64,000 nucleotides of DNA. It comes from Clostridium sp. 27_14. GTDB taxonomy: Bacteria > Bacillota > Clostridia > TANB77 > CAG-508. The stretch lies in contig MNRQ01000020.1 of NCBI GenBank assembly GCA_001916035.1, forward strand, positions 5,819 through 69,818. Reading direction: 5' to 3'. Shown here one piece after another: positions 33,587 to 42,995 of this stretch (positions within the stretch are counted from its first letter, which is position 1; every line of letters begins with the position of its first letter). The translations under genes and the position numbers were made by a program. The notes under the pieces are model-generated. The model was not told the origin of the DNA. It saw nothing but the letters and a program-made list of their open reading frames with translations, and made no database searches.

Positions 33587-34513
33587 TTAAATATTTTTAT
33601 CAATAGCTGGTAATAATTGTTTTTTTCTTGAAACAACACCTTCTAAAAACATCATATTATCTTCTAATTTTTTTTCAAAGGCACTTTCTACAGAAATAAC
33701 CTTTTCTCCCAAAGCAATAATTTGAGAATTACTATTTAAAATATCTGTTATTGCCAATACAAATAAAGCCAATCCTTCTTTGTTTATTTTTTCATTAATT
33801 GCATTTTCTAATTCAACTTTTCTTTTTAAAACATCTTCTATACTTACTGTATTTACTTGTGCTATCACAAATTTTACTCCATTTTTATCTAAGCTCTTAG
33901 CATCTAAATTTATTAATTCCTCAGCTGAAAAATCATCTAAATCTGTTCCTGCTTTTAACATTTCCAAACCATATTCTTCTACATTAATATTTGCTATTTT
34001 TCCTAATTCTTGCAATGCTTTTTTATCATATTCTGTTGTTGTTGGAGATTTTAACAATAATGTATCTGATATTATACTACTTGCCATTAATATTGCTTCT
34101 TTCTTTTCTATTTCGTGTCCAAATTGTTTAAATTGCTCAAATAAAATTGTTGAAGTACAACCATAAGGTTTAGCTATATAATATAAAGGATTTGAAGTTT
34201 CAAAATTAGCTATTCTATGATGATCTGTTACTCCTAAAATTTCTGCTTTTTCTATTCCTTCCACACTTTGATTAAATTCATTATGATCTACTAATAATAC
34301 TTGTTGTCCTTCTTCTACTTTTTCTAGCAATTCTGGTGCTTCTATACCTAAATAATCTAATACATATTGTGTTTCTTTATTAACATTTCCTAATCTTCTT
34401 GCTTCAACACAATCCCAACCATTTTTATGACTTAATATCTCACTTACTATACTTGAACAAATTGAATCTGTATCTGGATTTTTATGACCAAAAACTAATA
34501 CTTTATTTTCCAT
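33587..34513 (-). CDS. ppaC: manganese-dependent inorganic pyrophosphatase (family II, DHH)
   Basis: VFGHKNPDTDSICS, DHH motif (VTDHHRI), 308 aa. Confidence 0.85.
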   Translation of the reverse strand: MENKVLVFGHKNPDTDSICSSIVSEILSHKNGWDCVEARRLGNVNKETQYVLDYLGIEAPELLEKVEEGQQVLLVDHNEFNQSVEGIEKAEILGVTDHHRIANFETSNPLYYIAKPYGCTSTILFEQFKQFGHEIEKKEAILMASSIISDTLLLKSPTTTEYDKKALQELGKIANINVEEYGLEMLKAGTDLDDFSAEELINLDAKSLDKNGVKFVIAQVNTVSIEDVLKRKVELENAINEKINKEGLALFVLAITDILNSNSQIIALGEKVISVESAFEKKLEDNMMFLEGVVSRKKQLLPAIDKNI

Positions 34514-34588
34514 TTCAACATTACTCCTTACTATTTTTAATTTTCACATATTTAGTTACCTTTTTTACAATAAATTTTATAACTATTC

Positions 34589-35473
34589 TTATTTAATCTC
34601 ATTTTTTATATTTTCTAATTCTTCCTTTGTAAACATATATTTTTTATTACAAAAATGGCATGTTAATTCTGCCTTTTCATCTTCATTTATAATTTTTTCT
34701 AATTCTTTCTTTCCTAAAGTCTTTAAAGCATCTGACATATGTTCTTTTGAACAATCACATTCATATACTGGGGTTATATTCTCCTCCAATATTTGTATAT
34801 TATTATCTCCTGTTATTTTTTCTCCTATTTCTTTTAATGTTAAATTTTGATCTAACATTTTTGATATTGCACCAGCTTTAAATATATTTTTCTCAACATT
34901 TGATATATCTTCTTCTGTTGCATCTGGCATTGGTGTTATAATATAACCTCCTGCTGATTTTACTCCCTCTTTATTTACTAAAACTCCTAATCCAACTGCA
35001 GTATTTTTTTGCTCTGATTTCACAAAATATTCCGCAAAATCTTCTGCTATTTCTCCTGATACCAAAGGGCATATTCCTACATAAGGTTCTTTTAAACCTA
35101 TATCTTTTATTACATTTATATATCCACTTGTTCCAATTGCTCCTGAAACATCTATTTTTCCAAATTCATTTAATGGAATATCTACATGAGGTTCTGTTAC
35201 ATAACCTTTTAATTTTGGGAAATTATTTGCAGTTACTAATAAATTACCTGCTGGTCCATTTCCCTTTAGTTGTACAGTTATTTTATCTTTATTTGATTTC
35301 ATTTCTGATGCCATTATACTAGTAATTGTAAGTAATCTTCCAAATACAGCTGTCATTACAGGACTTAAATCATGTACTTTTCTTGCTTCTTCTACTAATT
35401 TAGTTGTATTTGCACACACAACTGATATTCTTCCATTATAAGCCAGCATTCTTACTATTTTATCATTGTTCAC
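34589..35473 (-). CDS. hslO: redox-regulated chaperone Hsp33
   Basis: C-terminal zinc centre CDCS...(28 aa)...CHFC, N-terminal Hsp33 fold, 294 aa. Confidence 0.85.
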   Translation of the reverse strand: MNNDKIVRMLAYNGRISVVCANTTKLVEEARKVHDLSPVMTAVFGRLLTITSIMASEMKSNKDKITVQLKGNGPAGNLLVTANNFPKLKGYVTEPHVDIPLNEFGKIDVSGAIGTSGYINVIKDIGLKEPYVGICPLVSGEIAEDFAEYFVKSEQKNTAVGLGVLVNKEGVKSAGGYIITPMPDATEEDISNVEKNIFKAGAISKMLDQNLTLKEIGEKITGDNNIQILEENITPVYECDCSKEHMSDALKTLGKKELEKIINEDEKAELTCHFCNKKYMFTKEELENIKNEIK

Positions 35474-35668
35474 ACTAAAATCTCCTTTCTTCAGATTTTT
35501 TTCTGTTTTTTAATATAACACATTATTATTATTTTGTCAAAATCATTTACATAAATTCTAAAATATGATATACTACCTATACACTAAAAAAGGAGGTATA
35601 TGTTTTACAAAAATAATTATTGTTGTAAAGAAACCCGTTAACATTGAATTATTAAAAAGGAGACTAAT

Positions 35669-36298
35669 ATGCCCGGATATTTTATTCACTTGGCGTCAGC
35701 ACCAGAAAAACTTCGGAACTCAAAAATTGGATTATTAGGAATTATCGCTCCAGACTTATGGAAAAAACATACTCCAACAGAACTGGAATATGACAAACTC
35801 TTTTCAAAATGTATCATTGACAAGCCACGTTATGAAGAAGTACTGTTACTCTGTGATGCAAGTCATGGTGGAACACATTTTGGCTCAGAACCTTCTGACA
35901 CCAACCATGCAAATTTTTCTGCAATAAGAAAAATTTTAGAAGATGGCAAACTTGATGGCAACAGCCTTTTTATTACAGGTTATATGCATCATCTAATGGT
36001 AGATAAATTGTTTTACTCAAATAAGTCTATTTGTGATATTGACAAATTCAATCAGGATTTCAATAAACATCCTGATTTAGCAAAACAAGTTTTACACAAC
36101 GATTGGAATAAAACCAATCTTGCTCTAGCAACTGTGTATCCAGATTTGACTTCTATTATAAAAACTATGCCTGAAAAAGTGCAGACCGTAGTAGAATTTA
36201 AAAATGGTACACCTACATACATTTCTTTAGATTCATTATTTAGTTTTATTGAAGAAATGCGAAAAAAAATAGTTTTAACCGATTTAATAAGTTTCTAA
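35669..36298 (+). CDS. hypothetical protein, possible metal-dependent hydrolase
   Basis: His-rich motifs (FIHLASAP, SHGGTHFG, GYMHHLMVDK). Has its own promoter-like region and a strong terminator. In-frame CGG at 35714-35716. Confidence 0.3.
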   Translation: MPGYFIHLASAPEKLRNSKIGLLGIIAPDLWKKHTPTELEYDKLFSKCIIDKPRYEEVLLLCDASHGGTHFGSEPSDTNHANFSAIRKILEDGKLDGNSLFITGYMHHLMVDKLFYSNKSICDIDKFNQDFNKHPDLAKQVLHNDWNKTNLALATVYPDLTSIIKTMPEKVQTVVEFKNGTPTYISLDSLFSFIEEMRKKIVLTDLISF

Positions 36299-36300
36299 AA

Positions 36301-36346
36301 ATCAAAAGGTCTTTGGACATTGCCAAAGACCTTTTGATTTTTTTTG
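36301..36346 (+). terminator. rho-independent terminator
   Basis: atcaaaaggtctttgg acat tgccaaagaccttttgat followed by T8. Confidence 0.8.
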
Positions 36347-36397
36347 TATTATAAGAAAAAGTCATGATTAATATTATATAATCATAACTTTATATTA

Positions 36398-37657
36398 CTA
36401 TCTATCATCTTGATGAACTTGAAACATATCTTTACTTTCACCACAAACTGGGCAAACCCATGAATCTGGTAAATTTTTAAATTCAGTTCCTGGTTTTATG
36501 CCTGCTTTCTCATTCCCAACTTTTGGATTATATATATATTTACACTGTAAGCACTCATAAGATTCTTTTCCTGTTCTTTCTGGTGAAAAATTTCTATAAC
36601 CTGCCACTATTGCAACAATTACAATAAGTAAAAATGAAAGTGCCTTCCATATCCCACTATCACATATTATTATTGCAAACATACCTAATATAGCACTAAC
36701 ACCATAAAGCAATATAACTGCTTGTTTTTGACTATATCCTTTAGCTAATAATCTATGATGCAAATGCCCTTTATCAGCTTTAAAAACTGCTTTTATTGAT
36801 TTTCCCTTTATTATTCTTCTTACTATTGCCATAAAAGTATCAAATATTGGTAAACCCAAAACTATTAATGGTAATACAATTACAGCTGCTGTATATGTTT
36901 TTGCTGAACCTAATATTGATATTATTGATAAAGAAAATCCTAAAAAATTTGATCCAGTATCCCCTAAAAAAGTCTTAGCAGGTGAAAAATTATATGGTAA
37001 AAATCCTACTAAAGCCCCTGCTAAAGCTGTTATCAAAACTATTGACACCATTGATGAACCATTTAATACAAATATTATTAATAATGATACAGCTGATATT
37101 ACAGATATACCAGATGATAAGCCATCTAACCCATCTATCAAATTTATCGCATTTGTTACTATTACTATCCATACTATTGTTAAAATTACAGATATAACTT
37201 CATGCATCTCTGGAAAATTTAGAAATGGCAATGTTATTCCATCTATAGTTATTCCAGATAATACAACTATTATTGCTGCTAATAACTGTCCTGTCAACTT
37301 TGTTAGAGGCTTTATTGTTTTTGTATCATCTATTACACAAAAAATTGCTAATATTATTATTGCTATAAAAAATCCTATTAATTTTTTTGCATATTGTTCT
37401 ACTCCAAATAAGTTTATTGTTTTTTCCAATGACATTACTATTAATAAATATATTGTTGATACTAAAAAACCTAGTATTACTGCTGGTCCTCCAAATTTAG
37501 GTATTGTTCTTTTGTGTGTCCTTCTTTTATCTTTTGGTATATCTTCTGCACCTATCTTTTTTGCTATTTTCATAGTATATGGCGTTGCTACAAATGCTAC
37601 TACAAATGCAAGTATAAATGCAATGGCTATATCTCCCCACATATTAATACCCCCCAT
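36398..37657 (-). CDS. polyprenyl-phosphate N-acetylhexosamine-1-phosphate transferase (MraY/WecA/TagO family) fused to a C-terminal rubredoxin domain
   Basis: NAINLIDGLDGLSSG and ~10 TM segments. The last ~55 aa, YECLQCKYIYNPKVGNEKAGIKPGTEFKNLPDSWVCPVCGESKDMF, match the rubredoxin consensus (CxxC...PGT.F..PD.W.CP.CG..K..F). Start at 37657 or 37642. Confidence 0.8.
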   Translation of the reverse strand: MGGINMWGDIAIAFILAFVVAFVATPYTMKIAKKIGAEDIPKDKRRTHKRTIPKFGGPAVILGFLVSTIYLLIVMSLEKTINLFGVEQYAKKLIGFFIAIIILAIFCVIDDTKTIKPLTKLTGQLLAAIIVVLSGITIDGITLPFLNFPEMHEVISVILTIVWIVIVTNAINLIDGLDGLSSGISVISAVSLLIIFVLNGSSMVSIVLITALAGALVGFLPYNFSPAKTFLGDTGSNFLGFSLSIISILGSAKTYTAAVIVLPLIVLGLPIFDTFMAIVRRIIKGKSIKAVFKADKGHLHHRLLAKGYSQKQAVILLYGVSAILGMFAIIICDSGIWKALSFLLIVIVAIVAGYRNFSPERTGKESYECLQCKYIYNPKVGNEKAGIKPGTEFKNLPDSWVCPVCGESKDMFQVHQDDR

Positions 37658-37666
37658 ATCCTATAT

Positions 37667-38122
37667 TTATTTCATATTATTTCTTTCTATCTCTTCTAAC
37701 ATTTTTAATCTTTCTTCATACTTTCCACCTTTAAATTCTGAAGCCAACCAATTTCTTATTATACATATAGTTTCATTTTCTGTTAAGTAATCTGCCCCTA
37801 ATGTTATTACATTTATATCATCATCCGCTTTCGCAAATTTTGCAGATTCCTCATTATATATTGCAGCAGCTCTTATCCCTTTGAATTTATTTGCAACTAC
37901 TGTCATTCCAAATCCCGAACGACATATTAGAATTCCTTTATCTGCCTCTCCGTTTTGAATTGCTTCTGCAACTTTTTTTGCATATATTGGATAATCTGTC
38001 CTTTCTTCACTATTTGTCCCATAATCTTTATATTCTATATCTTTTTCTTCTAAATATTTTTTTATTTTTTCTTTTAATTGGTATCCTCCATGGTCACTTC
38101 CAATTGCTATCATATTTATCAC
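37667..38122 (-). CDS. rpiB: ribose-5-phosphate isomerase B
   Basis: IAIGSDHGGYQLKEKIKKYL...GILICRSGFGMTVVANK is the RpiB/LacAB signature. Confidence 0.85.
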   Translation of the reverse strand: MINMIAIGSDHGGYQLKEKIKKYLEEKDIEYKDYGTNSEERTDYPIYAKKVAEAIQNGEADKGILICRSGFGMTVVANKFKGIRAAAIYNEESAKFAKADDDINVITLGADYLTENETICIIRNWLASEFKGGKYEERLKMLEEIERNNMK

Positions 38123-38351
38123 TTCTCCTTGTTTTTCTTTTATATTATTTATCTTTTAATCGTATTTATAAAAATTTAACATAACATATTCTGTAATTAT
38201 TATCTTTTACAATATATCACACTTACATTTACTTTACAAGGAATTTTCTAAAATTCTATGTAATTTTTCTGTAAACACTTGCCAAACATGAAAAAGTATG
38301 GTAGAATAGCTAATGTTATAGTGTAATATTGACTAAGAGGAGGTGCTAGAT

Positions 38352-38618
38352 ATGCCAAATATTAAATCAGCAAAAAAGAGAGTTAAAGTAATTGAGAAAA
38401 AAACTTTAAGAAATAATATGATAAAATCTGGATATAAATCAGCTATTAAAAATTTTGAACAAGCCATCGAAGCTGGAAATATGGATGAAGCTAAAAAATT
38501 ATTTTCAGAAGCTACAAAGAAAATTGATCAAGCTTGTACAAAAGGTGTTATTGTTAAAAACACTGCTGCTAGAAAAAAATCTAGTTTATCAAAAAAATTA
38601 AATTCAGCTATGGCTTAA
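38352..38618 (+). CDS. rpsT: 30S ribosomal protein S20
   Basis: [30 protein letters not shown], and a hairpin terminator around 38658-38700. Confidence 0.9.
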   Translation: MPNIKSAKKRVKVIEKKTLRNNMIKSGYKSAIKNFEQAIEAGNMDEAKKLFSEATKKIDQACTKGVIVKNTAARKKSSLSKKLNSAMA

Positions 38619-38751
38619 GTTTAATTTAAAATAAAGATTATGCATAGTTTTTATTAAAAAAAATATTGAATTATAGTAAAATATAATTCAATATTTTTTT
38701 GGTCAAAACTTCCATTGATTTGCATATCAATATATGCTAACATCAATTTAG

Positions 38752-39012
38752 GTGATGCTTATGAAAAATAAAATAAAAGATACAATAAAAAATTTAGACC
38801 AAAAAACAAAATTAATAATAAAAAATGGAATTACATTTTGTATCATATTATGCATATTATCAATCTCACTTCTAATTACATATATTTTTTGGTTTTCAAC
38901 ACCTCTAATTTTTAATATTGGAATTATGCTCTTCCAAATAAGTTTACTATTTTCTGTAGAATTTTTAATTTGCGGTATTGTAGTAGATTCTTTAAAAAAA
39001 AGATTAATTTAA
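38752..39012 (+). CDS. small hypothetical membrane protein
   Basis: Two predicted TM helices. No motif recognised. Confidence 0.35.
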   Translation: MMLMKNKIKDTIKNLDQKTKLIIKNGITFCIILCILSISLLITYIFWFSTPLIFNIGIMLFQISLLFSVEFLICGIVVDSLKKRLI

Positions 39013-39146
39013 AACTGAAATTTTACATCTTTACCTTTAAAAACAGAATTTGGCAAATATCTTAACCAATATTCAAGCCCTCATTACTAAGAAAATCTTA
39101 ATAATAAGGGCTTGAAAAGTTGAAGCTTAAAATTTTAATATTCTCA

Positions 39147-40580
39147 CTATTTATTCAATTCAGCTAAAAACAGTTCATTCAACATTTTAGGATTTGCCTT
39201 TCCTTTTGTTTGTTTCATAGCTTGTCCAACTAAAAATCCTAAAGCTCTATCTTTTCCAGCTTTAAAATCTGCAATAGATTGAGGATTCTCATCTAATATT
39301 TTTAGAACTATCTCTTTTATTGCACCTTCATCTGAAATTTGAATCCATCCTTTTTCCTTTATAATATCTTCTGGATCTCTTGGATTTTCAAATAATTCTA
39401 CTAAAACCTTTTTAGCAATACTTGAACTAATTGTACCTTTGTCAATTAACATCACTAATTTTGCCAATTGTGTATAATCAAATGGTATTTGTATTGGCTC
39501 CATTTCTGTTTCATTTAATATTCTTGATATATCTGATATAATCCAGTTATTTACAGCTTTTGCATTATTACATACTTCTGTAGCTTTTTCAAACAAATCT
39601 GATAAATACTTAGATGATGTTATAATATTCGCATCTTTCTCTGATAATTTATACTCATTCATATAACGTTCTTTTCTACTTTCTGGCAATTCCGGTAATG
39701 ATTTTTTAATATTTTCTATATACTCTTCTGATAATTTTATAGCCACCAAATCAGGATCTGGAAAATATCTATAATCTTGAGCATCTTCTTTATCTCTCAT
39801 TGAAAAAGTTTTTCCTGAAACTTCATCCCATCTTAATGTTTCTTGTTCAACCTTTCCTCCATCTTCTATAACATCAATTTGTCTTTGCACTTCATATTCT
39901 ATTGCTCTTGTTATACTTCTAAAAGAATTCATATTCTTCATTTCAGTACGAGTTCCTAATTTTGTATCACCTTTTTTACGAACAGATACATTTACATCTG
40001 CACGCAAAGAACCTTCTTGCATTTTACAATCTGAAACTTCTATATATTCCAATATTGATTTTAGTTTTTTCAAATATTTTTCTACTTCTTCTGCACTTCT
40101 TAAATCTGGTTCTGAAACCATTTCTATTAATGGAACACCTGCTCTATTCAAGTCTACTAAACTTCCACCTGCAAATTCATCATGATTTAATTTTCCTGCG
40201 TCTTCTTCAATGTGAATTCTTAATAAACGTATTTTCTTTTTACCTTCTTCTGTATCTATTTCTATATATCCATGTTCACAAAGTGGTTTGTCAAATTGTG
40301 ATATTTGATATGATTTTGGTAAATCTGGATAAAAATAGTTTTTTCTATCATTTTTACTATCTCTTGATATTTCACAATTTGTTGCCAATCCTGCTTTTAC
40401 CGCATATTCTACTACCTTTTCATTTAATACTGGTAATGTTCCTGGCATTGCCATACATATAGGACATACATGTGTATTTGGTTCTGCTCCAAAACTTGTT
40501 GGACATGAGCAGAATATTTTTGTTTTTGTTGATAATTCTGCATGGACCTCTAGTCCAATTACTACTTCATAATCATTCAT
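39147..40580 (-). CDS. gatB: Asp-tRNA(Asn)/Glu-tRNA(Gln) amidotransferase subunit B
   Basis: YEVVIGLEVHAELSTKTKIFC...NVSVR...DYRYFPDPDL, 477 aa. Confidence 0.9.
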   Translation of the reverse strand: MNDYEVVIGLEVHAELSTKTKIFCSCPTSFGAEPNTHVCPICMAMPGTLPVLNEKVVEYAVKAGLATNCEISRDSKNDRKNYFYPDLPKSYQISQFDKPLCEHGYIEIDTEEGKKKIRLLRIHIEEDAGKLNHDEFAGGSLVDLNRAGVPLIEMVSEPDLRSAEEVEKYLKKLKSILEYIEVSDCKMQEGSLRADVNVSVRKKGDTKLGTRTEMKNMNSFRSITRAIEYEVQRQIDVIEDGGKVEQETLRWDEVSGKTFSMRDKEDAQDYRYFPDPDLVAIKLSEEYIENIKKSLPELPESRKERYMNEYKLSEKDANIITSSKYLSDLFEKATEVCNNAKAVNNWIISDISRILNETEMEPIQIPFDYTQLAKLVMLIDKGTISSSIAKKVLVELFENPRDPEDIIKEKGWIQISDEGAIKEIVLKILDENPQSIADFKAGKDRALGFLVGQAMKQTKGKANPKMLNELFLAELNK

Positions 40581-40707
40581 TTTTATTCATTCCTTTCGCA
40601 CTTCACTCAAAGGCACACATAGTAATAAAAGTTCTTTAATTCTTTCAAACTACAAATCCCTTATTTCTATATTTAGATTTTAAAGGAATACTATTTTGCA
40701 CCTCTAG

Positions 40708-42186
40708 TTATTTAATAAATTTTGGTGAATATTTTTCTCTGAATTTTGTTTTTTGTTCAAAAATATATGCCATATTTAATAATTTTTCTTCATCAAATTT
40801 ATTTCCTATTAGTTGCATTCCAACTGGCATTCCTTCACTATCAACACCAGATGGAATAGAAATTCCAGGTAAGCCTGCAATATTTACAGAAACTGTACAT
40901 ATATCTGCCAAATACATCTCTAACGGATTATTTGATTTCGAACCAATATCAAATGCCACAGTAGGTGCTGTTGGTGTTAATATTACATCATATTTTTCAA
41001 ATGCTTTATTAAATTCATTCATAACTAAAGTACGTACTTGTTGGGCCTTTTTATAATAAGCATCATAATATCCTGATGATAACACATAAGTTCCTAAAAT
41101 TATTCTTCTTTTTACTTCTGGTCCAAATCCTTCACTTTTTGATTTCTTATAAAGTTCTTTTAAATTTGAAAATTCTGGTGTTCTATAACCATAACGTATT
41201 CCATCAAATCTACCCAAATTTGAACTTGCCTCTGCACACGCTATTATATAATAAGTTGCCAATGAATATTTAGCTATATCCAATGAAAATTCTTCAACAT
41301 CTGCGCCTAATTCTTTATATGTATCTATTGCTTGTTGTAATTTTTCTTTTACTTCAGCATTTATTCCTTCTCCAAAAAATTCTTTAGGAACACCTATTTT
41401 CTTTCCACTTATATCATTCTTTAAGTTTTTAGTATAATCCTTTTTCGGTATATCAGCTGATGTTGTATCTTTTTCATCATGTCCTGCAATTAAATTTAAT
41501 AATATTGCTGCATCCTCTACATCTTTTGTTATTGGTCCTATTTGGTCTAATGATGATGCAAATGCTACTAATCCATAACGTGATACTAATCCATAAGTTG
41601 GTTTTAATCCTACAACTCCACAAAAACTTGATGGTTGTCTTATTGATCCACCTGTATCACTTCCTAATGCCCAAGGCACCATATTTGCTGCAACTGCTGC
41701 CGCACTTCCACCTGATGAACCTCCTGGTACCTTATTCAAATTCCATGGATTAAATGTTTTATGAAAATATGAATATTCTGTTGAACCTCCCATTGCAAAT
41801 TCATCCATATTTAATTTTCCTAAATCTATTAAATTTTCTGAATTTAATTTTTCCACAACTGTTGCATCATAAGGTGACACAAAATTTTCTAACATACGTG
41901 AACTACATGTTGTTTTTATTCCTTTTGTACACATATTATCTTTTATTCCTATAGGTATCCCTGCTAACTTATTAGTTATTTCTCCTGATTCTCTCTTTTT
42001 ATCTATATTTTTTGCTTGTTTTAAAGCGTCATCTTCTAATGTTGTTACAAATGCTTGTACTTCTGGTTCTTTTTCTTTTATTCTATCAACATAACTTTGT
42101 GTTATTTCTGTTGATGTTAGTTCTTTTTTCTCTAATTTTTCAATTAATTCATGAACTGTTAATTCAGTAATATCCATTTCTATCAC
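40708..42186 (-). CDS. gatA: Asp-tRNA(Asn)/Glu-tRNA(Gln) amidotransferase subunit A
   Basis: Amidase signature [13 protein letters not shown]...[12 protein letters not shown]. Confidence 0.9.
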   Translation of the reverse strand: MIEMDITELTVHELIEKLEKKELTSTEITQSYVDRIKEKEPEVQAFVTTLEDDALKQAKNIDKKRESGEITNKLAGIPIGIKDNMCTKGIKTTCSSRMLENFVSPYDATVVEKLNSENLIDLGKLNMDEFAMGGSTEYSYFHKTFNPWNLNKVPGGSSGGSAAAVAANMVPWALGSDTGGSIRQPSSFCGVVGLKPTYGLVSRYGLVAFASSLDQIGPITKDVEDAAILLNLIAGHDEKDTTSADIPKKDYTKNLKNDISGKKIGVPKEFFGEGINAEVKEKLQQAIDTYKELGADVEEFSLDIAKYSLATYYIIACAEASSNLGRFDGIRYGYRTPEFSNLKELYKKSKSEGFGPEVKRRIILGTYVLSSGYYDAYYKKAQQVRTLVMNEFNKAFEKYDVILTPTAPTVAFDIGSKSNNPLEMYLADICTVSVNIAGLPGISIPSGVDSEGMPVGMQLIGNKFDEEKLLNMAYIFEQKTKFREKYSPKFIK

Positions 42187-42265
42187 ATTCCTTTCTCTAT
42201 GCCTAAATATGCCTAAAATTCATTTAAAAAATTTTAACTTCAATAATTTCAAGCTACATTTTCAT

Positions 42266-42553
42266 TTAGTTTATTACTTTTGGTATTTTAAACATATTTT
42301 GTTCTTTTTCTGGTGCATTTTGCAATAATGCATCTCTATCTTCAAATACTTTTATTTCATCTTTTCTAAATACATTTTTTGCTTCATTTGCTCCTATTGT
42401 TATATCCAATCCGTCTACAGGTGCATTATTTACAGTATTTGCAAATTCCAATATATCTTGCAAATGTTCCAAATATGTTTCTACTTCATCATCATTTAAA
42501 GTCAAATCTGCTAATTTTGCTATATGCAAAATCTCCTCTTTGCTTACTTTCAT
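42266..42553 (-). CDS. gatC: Asp-tRNA(Asn)/Glu-tRNA(Gln) amidotransferase subunit C
   Basis: 95 aa, MKVSKEEILHIAKLADLTLNDDEVE..., sits immediately upstream of gatA. Confidence 0.85.
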   Translation of the reverse strand: MKVSKEEILHIAKLADLTLNDDEVETYLEHLQDILEFANTVNNAPVDGLDITIGANEAKNVFRKDEIKVFEDRDALLQNAPEKEQNMFKIPKVIN

Positions 42554-42631
42554 GTAACCATCTCCTATTTTTAATTTTTCATATTATATAACGCTTTTTT
42601 AAAAATTACAAGTAAACTTTTTAATTTTTTA

Positions 42632-42660
42632 TTGACAAATACGAATAAAGTATGTAAAAT
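42632..42660 (+). promoter_or_regulatory. sigma-A-type promoter of the aspS leader
   Basis: TTGACA (42632-42637), 17-nt spacer, TAAAAT (42655-42660). Confidence 0.6.
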
Positions 42661-42666
42661 AGTAAA

Positions 42667-42909
42667 CAATATAGAAAGTTAAAAACTTTCACAAGATATC
42701 AAAATGCGTTTGTACAATGCAAAACAATTAGAACTTACTTTAAGAGAATAAGGGTCGCCGGCTGTAAGCCCTTTAAGGTCAACCTAATTTGTGAAACACA
42801 TTGGAGCATATTTTATAAAGTGGAAAATATATCATATTTTATATTTTCAAGCTGGGTGGTACCGCGGAATTATTTCGTCCCTGCATATATATGCATTGGA
42901 CGTTTTTTT
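42667..42909 (+). promoter_or_regulatory. T-box leader (tRNA-sensing riboswitch) with terminator
   Basis: Canonical T-box sequence gggtggtaccgcg at 42854-42866. Terminator hairpin cgtccctgcatatatatgcattggacg plus T7 at 42876-42909, directly upstream of aspS. Confidence 0.8.
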
Positions 42910-42995
42910 GACGTCCAATAATGAGGTTACCATTGAAAAAATTACTACTCACAATTTTTCAATTAATTATACCTCGGGAAAGGAATGGTGTAATA

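Noticed and set aside
42921-42995. Longer aspS start at 42921 given by the ORF track
   Set aside because: The first 25 codons overlap the T-box terminator and its flank and read as nonsense (MRLPLKKLLLTIFQLIIPRERNGVI). The ATG at 42996 follows a GGGAAAGGAATGG RBS and starts the conserved [10 protein letters not shown]-terminus.
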